Origin: Azolla caroliniana
Taxonomy: Eukaryota > Plantae > Polypodiophyta
Reading direction: 5' to 3'
DNA: 64,000 bases
NCBI GenBank assembly: GCA_043228905.1
Contig: JBHGNT010000012.1
Span: forward strand, 15,686,001 to 15,750,000
This document shows, one piece after another, positions 13,839 to 24,812 of the stretch; positions within the stretch are counted from its first letter, which is position 1; every line of letters begins with the position of its first letter. The notes beneath the pieces were generated by a model. That model did no database searches. It was not told where the DNA came from and saw nothing but the letters and a program-made list of their open reading frames with translations. Made by a program: the position numbers and the translations under genes.

Positions 13839-15210
13839 TGTCACAGACGTAGACGAGGGCAAGGACAAGTAGGCGAGCTCAATATTAACAAAGAGAGAAA
13901 GATAGATATATTGATAGAGAGGAGCATAGACAAGAGAACAAGAGAGAGAGAGAGGGTAGACAAAAGAGCGAGAACTAAATTATGCTTCCGTGACTGGTGT
14001 TGTTCACCTTGATTGTAATGAAGGTGCACTGAAGTATTTATACAAGAATGTGGTGGTATGCATGTAAGCTAGGAAACATCTAGCGAATGCATGGAAACTT
14101 CTAGAGAGTGCATGTCTATGCATTCTCTAGAAGTTTCTTGAAAGTTCTAGTGATTAACTTACAATGTAATAAGTTGAAACTTATACAATACAATAATGTA
14201 TAGATGGAATGTAGCTCAATTGGTAAGGTTGCCCAATAAGACCAAGAGGTCATGGGTTCAACCCCCTACATTCCATTGTGTCTATGACATTATCTTCCCT
14301 CTAAGGCCGCCTCCTAGGACTCGCGGTTGGGTTATGTGGGTATCGTTGATGAAAATCGCGAATGGCCTTCGAGCATTTTGTAAATGTGTAACTGGTTCCC
14401 ATGTGGCGTCCGAAATGGGGTAACCTTTCCATAAGACCAAATATTTGGAGCAGTCGACGACGATATCGAGAGTCGAGGATTTGGTCAACCTCATATTCTT
14501 CGTCTGTCGACAATTCCATAGGTGGTGGTGGAGGAGGGTGTCATCCTAGAATTTGAGAAGGATGGTAGAGTTCGAGGAGGGAAACGTGAAAAACATTGTG
14601 AATCCTGAATGTTGGAGAAAGTGCTAACCGGAAGACGATTGGGTTGATTCGCTTGATGGTACGAAAGGGGCCTAGTCTTTTGTAGTCCAATTTTGCACAA
14701 GGACGTGTGGTGGCGATGTGACGATGTAATAGCCAAACCATGTCCCCGATTGCAAACATCGGTGCCGCTAAGCGATGTTGGTCCGCTTGCTCTTTATAGT
14801 GGTCACCAACAACACAGAGCTCCAAGGAGAGGTCACGATGGACATCATGTAAAGCGCGGGCACAAATCTCTACTAAAGGATTGACCGAAGTTGCAGGTAT
14901 GGAAATGCTGAAACGAGGGTGAAATCCATAGTTTGCAAAGAAGGGGGAAACCTTAGTCGAAGCATGGATACTATTATTATAAGCAAATTCTACCATTGGA
15001 AGGAAGTCCACCCAATTCTCCTGTTGGTAGCTCATGGTACACCGAAGGTATTGTTCGAGGATTTGGTTGACTCGCTCCATTTGTCCATTAGTTTGAGGAT
15101 GGTATGTTGAGGACAAGTTGACAGAAGTCCCGAATGTTTGTAGAAGTTGTTGCCAAAAGTGGGAAATGAACTGAGAACCTCGATCAGAGGTGATATCCTC
15201 GGGGAGCATG
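13839..15210 (-). mobile_element. Truncated Tcn1-like Ty3/gypsy chromovirus: integrase C-terminus, chromodomain, PPT and 3' LTR (~14289-13839)
   Basis: ORF 14541-15209 has DITSDRGSQF, YHPQTNGQMERVNQ and RLGPF. Chromodomain EYEVDQILDSR...YLVLWKGYPISDATWEP is frameshifted. Purine tract precedes TGTCA at 14289. Confidence 0.85.
14206..14274 (+). ncRNA. tRNA-like (Pol III A/B-box) sequence embedded in an LTR; not a functional tRNA
   Basis: TAGCTCAATTGG (A-box) and GGTTCAACCC (B-box-like), closed by the stem GGAATGTAG/CTACATTCC. No clean anticodon arm. Confidence 0.5.
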
Positions 15211-18200
15211 GGGAATGTGAAAGCTCATAAGTTATGTGTCATAGAATATGATTTTATGACTCATACTAAATGCTAGAATACAAAGAGGTGACATAATGGT
15301 GACTCTTGACCGTTGGAGTGTCTATTCACTCTCAAGGTGAGTTCACACACTAGACCAAGTTGAGCTTGATTCTCAACAGATCCGAAGTTCTATCAACATA
15401 AGATCAATTTAGCGACCGATGCGAAACCGGTCTAGCAGCGTCGATACCGCATGAACCCAAACTACGCGGCTCGTGTAAAAGAAGAAATTGACAAACTCCT
15501 CAAGGCCGGATTCATATGACCAGTCAAACAAGCTACATGGTTAAGCCCGATAGTGGTCGTACCAAAGAAAAATGGCAAAATACGTGTATGCATGGACTAC
15601 CGGAAATTGAATGCCATAACCATTATTGACGCATTCCCTTTACCGTTCACCGGCAGCGTACTGGACACCGTCACAGGGCATGACATGTACAACTTTTTAG
15701 ATGGCTTCAATGGGTACAATCAAGTACGCATGCACCCCGAAGACCAAGAGAAGACGACATTTGTCACGGACTGGGGAGTCTATGTCGCAGTAGTCATGAT
15801 GTTCGGGCTAAAGATGGCGCTGATTACATTTCAATGGACAATCACGGAGATTTTTGGGGAATATATTCCGACCTTCATGCAAGTTTTTTTAGATGGTCTT
15901 GCGGTATATGGGACAACAACCGACCATTTTATGCACATGCAGCTTTGCCTAGAGCATTGCAGAACCACACACTTAAGCCTGAATCCTGCCAAATGCGCCT
16001 TCGACATTACCAATGGGGCTCTCCTCGGCCACATAGTCACTAAGGAAGGGATAGCGGTCGATCTGAACAAAATCTCTGCGATTACTCAAGTGAAAACATC
16101 GACAAACGCGAAAGCACTTAGTTGGTTTCTAGGACAAATACGATGGCACAACCGAATGATACGCTATTTGGCGGACTTCGCCATGCCATCATCGGACTCC
16201 TTTCAAATGGATAGCAACGGAAGAGAAGGCGTATGATGCGCTGAAGATAATGCTAACGCAGACACCCGTCGTACAACCACTAGTTTGGGCGAAGCCATTC
16301 CACGTGTTCGTAGATGCCTCAGACATAACAATATGTAGTGTGCTAATGCAGCTCACGGAGCCGAATTGGTACCGGCTAGTGTACTACGCTAGTCGGAAAC
16401 TATCAACAACTGAGTGTAACTAATCCACAACAGAACGTGAGGCGTTGGGTATGATATACAACATCAATAAGTTCCGGCATTATCTGCTAGGGCGGAAATT
16501 CACGTTTCACGTGGATCATTCAACATTGCTATATTTGGTAGGGAAACAAGTGCTGACTGGGAAATTGGCTAGATGGATGCTACTGCTTCAAGAATTCGAC
16601 TTTGTAATTCAGCACCGACCGGGTACGCAACACGTGGTGGAAGATTTCTTGAGCATAATAGATAATGGAGAAACGACGCAAAAGGACGACGACGACTTTT
16701 CGGATGCGAACATTTTGCGTGTAGCAACTCTAACAGAACGAACGGAAAAGACTTTTCCGGATCGGTGGCTGATGGAAATGACCTACTTCCTGATCACGGG
16801 GTTAGGTTTTGTTCGTGGATTCCGCCAAGCCATTCGCCTGTGGGTAATACGACGTACTTTTTTTGTGAACCACAACGTAATGTTGGGTCAGTTCGCTAAT
16901 GACTGTATTCAGAAAGTGACTCCCTTGGTCACTAATGAGCTCGATAGGGCAGCCGAAACGACACCAGATGTGTTCGTACAGGAATTTCGTCGTGACTGCC
17001 GCGGTATTCTCGCGTAGTGGTTTCGCTTCTACCCACTTGGTACAGTCATTCGTGGCCACCAGGATGTACTTATTGCCTGTTCAAGCAGCCGCCGGGGTGA
17101 GGGGTCCCACAAAATCTAGCCCCCATTTTGGAAAGGATCCAGTGGCAACACTGGTTGGTTCTCGCGACTTCCATGGGTTGGCCCAGTCATTGACATAAAT
17201 CGCACTATCTGCAATATTCATACGCATCCCTTTGCGTCGTCGACCACCAAAGTCCTGCTTGCCAGATTTTCCGGGCCGTAACATCGCCCGCGTAATGTCG
17301 TCCCGCCGTACCACAGTGGGCTTCGCGGAGAACTGCGGCCTTCTCATCCTGCTGTATTCCACGCCCCCAGATGCCATCATTGTCTTTGTGGTATAGTATG
17401 TCCTTAAAAAGATAGTCAATGAGAACAGAACGGATTGGGATACCAAATTGCACATCGCGTTATGGGCATACCGTACCAGCTATAAGACCAACATACAATC
17501 AACGCCTTTCAGGCTAGCATTTGGTCTGGAGGCCGTGATGCCGGTCGAATTCCAGGTACCCAGTCTGCGGATTCAAGTACGAGCCCGACTACCAGAGGGA
17601 AAATCCGAACAAGTACGACTACAACAACTGCTAGAGCTAGGAGAAACAAGGTTATGCAGTATGGCCATCTTGGAGCAGGAATAGTGGCGGCACAAGGCAT
17701 TCGTGGACTGACACCAGCATGTGTGTGAAAAAGATTTTACGGTTGGGAAAACAGTATTAGTTTTCCAAACATGCATGGGGCATATGCCAGGAAAATTAAG
17801 ATTCCGTTGGACAGGCCCGTACTGGATAGTGGGAGTAGAACAGGGAACGTTTCAAATTGGCACGTTGGCCGGGGAATTGTTACGTCAAAAAGTAAATGGG
17901 TTTCGCCTTAAACCTTATTTGGGACCTACACCATCTAACCCGTTCCCCGCCGGACAGGACAAAGCCGGAAAATCCGCGGAGTAAGTATAACGCACCACCT
18001 GTACTATAGTGTAAAGATAATATTGTATGTAACCGTTACAAAAAAAGAAGAAAAAAAGAAGAAGAGAAGATAGCGACGCTATTAAAAGGACTTAAGACAT
18101 GCATAGACTTCTAGGCCAAGAACACGCGGCACCATGATGGCTCACCGACCAATGAACCGTAGGCCACAAAAAGAAGGAAATAGAAGGTTTTCTGCACACT

Positions 18201-21073
18201 ACAGAAACCAACCTTCTAACTCGCATCGCTCGTATCACTCCCCTTCCTCAGCCTCTTCTCCATCCTATCACAGAGCTCAAGTTTGCCATAGCCAACAATC
18301 CTCACCCATTAGCCACAAGCCTAATCCAACTATGCCGATACCCATTTCTGCCGCCTTGCGTCGATGGCTCATGGAGAAATGCTTGGATGAATACATAAGA
18401 GTCGCCGAGGCACCTTCCCACCCTGAAGCCTTGGACATCGCGAGGAAGCTCAATATCGACACGATCACCAACACATCCATCCGGAAAAAGCTTGACCTGT
18501 CATCACTAGGTGAAAGGCATTTCAAAATCCCTCTTGCGGAAACTTTGCAGAGATATTTCGGGCCTTATTCGGCGTCCACCAAGGCATATAGAACGAAGGA
18601 GATCCCCGACCCCTTTTTCCGCGAAATAGCCAAGTTCCTGTTGGAGGTCGGATGCGTACATGTAAACGCATATGGAATGCCCAAGCAAAAGGCATGTATC
18701 ATCATTGATACCTTTGAAGGGCGTACGGTCGATTAGGGGGTCATTACGGGACCGACATTATGGGAAGGCCTGCACGCGTATCAAGGAGGCAAAAAGCTCA
18801 GGCCTATCATACAACAATATTTGACAATACTATTCCCACCCCGAGGTCTGCCGGCACCGCAACCCAGCCAACCCACGCTGTTACAGGCATGACCATTTAA
18901 TATCCCGTGGTGAGAATTTACCGTAGTATTCTATACACGTGGATAAGTGTGAGGGTTAAACGAGAGTGTAAAGAAGGGGAGGATTACTTTTAATCCTCGG
19001 GATTGAGACAACCCATTAGGTCAAGTGTGAACTTGCCTGGGGGCCTTGGGTATCGCTATAAATAAGAGGCCTAGCTACCCTCATTTGATCATCTTTTGAC
19101 TACATCGAGACTCTGCTCTTGTGGTGGGTCAACTCTTGTAGTGAGCGCGCCAGCACCAGGTACGACTCGACGCCACGACAGTGCTATGGGACGCCAATCG
19201 AGGCTCGAGTCCGTCTCGATCCCTTCGCTCGGGGGTGGTCGGGTGGATCGACTCCCTTCTTTCTCTTTCTCCTTTCTACCTATCATTAGTTTATCCTTAT
19301 CTTAAGCTTACTTTAGTACCTAGATCTCTAATATTTGGTATCAGAGCTATGTACTAATGTTTCTTTGTTTGTCTTTTGTCTTTTGATTGATGGTGATCGA
19401 TTGATGTGCGGTCGGCCTTGATCCAGACAACGATCAACAAAGAACTTCGGTAACTCTTTCCATAATTTTTTTTCTATTCTCTCTTCTCCCATCTAATCAC
19501 GTGTTTAGTTTATATGTCATTTTTTTTCATTAAGTCAATGATGTTGTAGTGGTCTTTAATTAATTATCTAAAACGTTTACATATGTGCACGAGGTCAATA
19601 CCTCGTTTGACATATAAATAATATGTGATGAGTGTCGTATGCGTACGAGGTTAATACCTCAATTACGTATTACGTTCACGAACATATGTTACGTTTGCGT
19701 ATGAGTTTAATACCTTGATTTGTTGTAAAGGATATGCGTTTGGTCTCGTATGCGTAAGAGGTCAATACCTCAATTGCGTATTACGATGATCTCTTATTTG
19801 TGGATGTTTCGTGTGCGTAGAGGTATATACCTCGATTACGTATCTTGATCACATCATTTGTGGCTATTTAATATAACGATATTTTTAATATAGGCATATG
19901 TGGTCACGTATATACGTATTTGATCGTATATATGTGATAAGTAAACATATGTGTATATTCGTTATTACGTGATTATATTGAAAGTTGTCCTTGTCAGGAA
20001 AAGGATGTTGGTGGCTGTCCTCACATTTTTGTGAGAATGGCGTTGTCACCATCCCTTTTTCAACAATTTTTGATTGTTGACAACCCCGTTGATGACCTCG
20101 ATTTCGTTACGTAAAGAAACGCCTATAGCCATAATGATGTTGAGTACGTAGGGCTTGACCCACTTCAAGTGAGGTCGCTCCAATGACACACGTATCCAAC
20201 ATCCCTCCCTCGTTACATGGATACGATGCCACCATGAGCTCGTTCTTACGAGAGGCATTCATAATGACGTGACCATGTGATGGGCCACGTGGGCCTACTA
20301 GGAAATGAGGGCTCATTTGGCTTGACCATTAGGTTGCACTTTGGCGTATGCCATCGCAATTACGAGACTTGAGGTTAGGTAACGTACCAACATAGTTTTG
20401 GGAAATGAGGGCGAAATAAGGACCCTTGACATATATGTTCTTTTAAAAAAAACATATATGATCAAATGCCTTGCATATCTCTTATATGCATCAAACATTA
20501 AGCATTCGAGAAGAGCAACTTACTTGGTTGGCTCAAGTGTTTAATGTATTTGTTCTCGAGGTCTCGAGTTCAAATATGACCAAGACCATACAATATCCTT
20601 GATACATTTGACTATAACACATGTTTAGACTTAAGGTTTAAGTGCACCTCGGGGTCCTCGTAATAGGACTTAAAGAGCCGAAACCACATATGTGGGCAAA
20701 GAAACATAGTTTATTAACACGTTCGCGTTCACAAGTGGAAGGATCGCGCATAAATGGAAGGATAAGGGAAATTTGAGGGGTTTTTCAATGATTTTACAAA
20801 ACACATTGATACCAGTATCATACATGTTCAAACATACTATGAAAAAGGTTAAAAATCCACTATTTTCGTGATTTAGAAGTAACTAAAAAAAGACGAATTT
20901 CAAAAAGATACATTCTCAATTTATATCACAAACTTCACAACCAATGTTATTTTATAAGAAACAATTTTTTAGAAATCATAAGAATTCAAAACACATGATT
21001 TTATATTACTCGATTTGTTACAAGCGGAATGTAGTTACACTTAATAGCCAAATATACATTCATGATCACTCCT

Positions 21074-23970
21074 TTACGGAGAATCACTACTATAACTAAT
21101 ATACAATGACGATTCCTCCTCATCATCCTCGGATGTACCAATCAGTGCATTATCTTCGTCATAAACCAAATGGTTTGACTCTAGATTATATGTAGTAGAT
21201 CTCGTTTGCCTTTGACTCGAGCCACCTTGTAGACCTGGTAATTTTTCTTTTATTATATCTATTGTTAACTTCCTTAATCGTCCGGCTTTTGTAAGTGTGA
21301 AGTCATACACGATGATATCCACATCAGAGATATCAAGGGTCGAGGTGTTACGAATGTTTCGCTTCCTCTTCCTACCTCCCCTTCTTGTTTGGCATTCAAT
21401 CATCTCCAATGTATACTTACCTGTAAAAGCATTTGCACTTCTAGTGTTGTACCAATGAACATTTATAGACTTGATCGTGTTTTCTATTTCATGCATTAGC
21501 ACTTCTAGAATTTTACCAACCCAAAATTGGTGGCCATGTGAGTTCTCATCAGCCGGCGTTGCAATCAACATCCCCGCGGTGAGCTCTTGCAAATTTCCTT
21601 GCCATCTAGCTTCGGCTGCTTTGGTCATCCTTGGTCCCACATAAATGTCTCTTTGTTGTGGATGGACCAAGCTGTCATTAATCGCATTTACTAGTTGCTC
21701 CGGACTTCTATTTACGCGATCATGTTGCAACGACCATGTGAATGGCGTTTCCAAATTCCAATTATCAACAGATACACAATTGTCTATAATTTCTTTTTGA
21801 TCACTATAAAATACATCCCACCATGACGTGTCTTGTTGTGCAGCATATTTCTTGGCGGCCTCAATATGCTTTCTTTTTTCTTCTAAGGCTTGGAGCCATG
21901 ACCGTTTTTGTTCTGATACCAAGTCGCTCTGCAACTGTCCTTTCTTCTCAATTGGCATTTGCTTAGCTCCATGGACAATTGTACTCGGCATACAAAGTAA
22001 TAACTGGCAACCACCTTCAGGTTCCCATGTTGTAGAAGATGAATATTGTTTGGCATACAAAAGTGTAGAACCACTTATTCCATTTTTCTTTATCAAAAAA
22101 ATGTGATTGAAACTTATATTGTTTAACTGAGCAAGCACTTTAACATTCCCACCACCCCCATCTAATATATATCTCTTAAAGTCATATACCTCCTTCAAGT
22201 GTAACACTTTTGGGCGTGGTGTATAAGCATCACAAATGACATCAAATAGTTTAGGTAAAGTGAAAGCATCATGCCGAGACAACTGTCTGGAGAATGTGCT
22301 AAACATCTGATCTATATGGTCATGTGTGTGGCCAACCAAAAGGAAATTGACTTTCACTTTCCTAAACAATTCTAGGTTGACCAACATACTTAGATAGCCA
22401 AATACAGTTGAATTTTTGTTCTCTCTAGCAGTATTGTCCAATTGAATGTATAGAACAGGGGGGAAAGGTTGTCCCCAAGACATCAAAACTCGGTGAATCA
22501 CTGTAACTGTTAGGTTAGGGTCATTGTGAACATTGGGGTAAGTAATGAAGACGTGAGGTCGAACAGACCTATTATAAGCCAAGCATCCAACCAAGACATC
22601 AAAACTCGGTGAATCACTGTAACTGTTAGGTTAGGGTCATTGTGAACATTGGGGTAAGTAATGAAGACGTGAGGTCGAACAGACCTATTATAAGCCAAGC
22701 ATCCCACCAAGTGCATTTGAACAAGGCACTCATCATTGACATCTTTGGGGAGCCTCCGCATATGCGGCAAGCATGTCTTCTTCTGGTCCATGCCATCTAT
22801 CATTAAGCACATGTATTGTTCGGGCCTCTTCAAACACTTCTCTCTATGATGCATCGCCTTCCTTCGTTCTAAGGATTGTGCCTCACGATGCTCTTGTAGT
22901 AACTTCTTACTCGTATCCTTTTCCATTGATGTCTTTGCACCTTTAGCCAAACTTTTAAGATTTGCACAAATGGAGCAATACCCCATACGTACTTTACGAG
23001 GAATAATAACATTTGAAAACCGAGCTCTCCATAATCTTGTGAATTGGCTATATGTGATCGACTTATTACGTGAGCCCAGCATATCAGATCGATAGACATC
23101 ATAAACTTCCCGACGTGTATAATTATCAGAAAGATGCATCCTACCTGTAGTGGGCATTACTTCACAATTTAACTGAAAGTAAGTTTTCATCCAGCCAATA
23201 GCTAGTCTTCCAATTGCACCTTTCATACTTGGAACCTCTTTACAATTGAGCATCTGATCCCCGCTAAGTAGACGTTGTTGTACTCTATGTAGCCGCATGT
23301 TACTAACACATAACGCAATTTTGAATGCAACTCTACATATCTGTTGCGCATGGAAGATATAATACTCGAATGATACTTTGATCCCCGTACATTTGTCAGA
23401 TACTAGTTGCATATGTGACCCGAGGTAAGTGTCTTGCTCATCACCGGTCATCGAAAAATAGTATCGCCTTAATTCTCGCAACTTTGATTTTCCAATCATA
23501 GACATACAACCACGGGCACAACATATTTTGTTGACATCAAATCCAATCTGTTTATCTGATGTCACCAAGCTAAATCTAGCTAGACGAATTCTTCGTGGGA
23601 TTCTTCTAATATGCATAGGGCTCCCAGATTTCTCTTCCTGCATAGAGGTTGGTGTAACATTGTTACAGTCTAATTCTTTGCTGTGACCATCGCCAATGTT
23701 ATTCAATATTTCCTGGGCACTTCCTTCATTCTCGGTATCTTTATTAATATCGTATTCTTCAATAGAGAACTCTTCACATGTGTCATTATGTACATTCCCT
23801 GTAGATGAGCTCAGACAATATTCTTCGATAGAATATGGTGAGTCGGTCGACAGACAATATTCTTCAATCGAATATGGTGACTCTGATGACAAACAATACT
23901 CTTCAGTAGAAAACGATGGGTCTAATGACAAACAATATTCTTCAATCGAGAACGGTGAATCTTCACTCAT
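21074..23970 (-). pseudogene. DDD-type transposase (Sola-like), ~926 aa once a 116-bp tandem duplication is removed
   Basis: CSIC...H Zn-binding motif, then candidate catalytic motifs CLMIDGMDQ, YIQLDNTARENKN and FLLVGHTHDHIDQMFS. The two ORFs overlap through a duplication starting at 22475 and 22591; 2897-116 = 2781 nt gives one open frame. Confidence 0.82.
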
Positions 23971-24669
23971 GGCTTAAGGTCTAGATAGGGCTCTCTAAGT
24001 TATGGGCTTAGGGGAAAGAAAAAAACTAATAAGCTCCTCTCTAAACATATACTCCTCTCTAAACATAAACTTCTCTCTAAACAAAAGCCAAATCAATAGA
24101 ATGTCTATATTATGTAATATTCTATTAATACAATACATTAAAAATTATTTTTAATAAAGTAATTGTACTTAAAATATAAATTATTATATAAACTAGATCT
24201 ATATAAAGTTAAATCAAGTAAAATATAAAACTAATCATTAACAAGCCATGAATATGTTGGATTAATGTTAAAATCATTGGCTAATTAATGGCACCCATTT
24301 TGATATAGAACGTCTCACTCATTGGTTCTTTAATGCTCACCATTTTAAATATTAGACTTATCAATCATTGGTTAATTTATGCCCACATCTTTAATACACA
24401 ACATTTGAGAGTCATAAAAATTGTTGGTTTTAGTAATCAATCATTGGTACATTCATGAACCTCTATCATTGTCTCATTCATAACCTTTGAAGTCATTGTA
24501 GGTTGTTATGACTATAAAAGATTGATCAATATGGTAGTTTGACTTTGTAATCATTAATACAATCATAAGTTTCTCTAGTTAATGTGACTATGGTTACCAA
24601 CTAACTATCCTCAAAGTTACCAACCTTGGTTAAGGTGACTATGGTTACTTTAACCAACGTGTTCAATCC

Positions 24670-24680
24670 CTATAAATAGG
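24670..24680 (+). promoter_or_regulatory. TATA box of the ParB-MTase gene
   Basis: CTATAAATAGG, followed by a CACAGAG-rich leader and AAACATGTCT (ATG at 24813). Confidence 0.65.
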
Positions 24681-24812
24681 AAGACCTCGTCATATTTCAC
24701 TCACCAGAGCGTACAGAGCACACAGAACGTAGAGAGCACACAGAGCACACAAAGCACACAGAGCACAAAGCACGAAAGCGCGATCTCCGCCTCCACATCC
24801 ACACGATCAAAC

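Noticed and set aside
14206-14274. Functional tRNA gene
   Set aside because: No proper anticodon stem-loop and it sits inside an LTR; kept only as a tRNA-like module.
20523-20585. tRNA-derived SINE head (TGGCTCAAGTG ... GAGTTCAAAT)
   Set aside because: Boxes are degenerate, with no TSD or tail identified; too weak to call.
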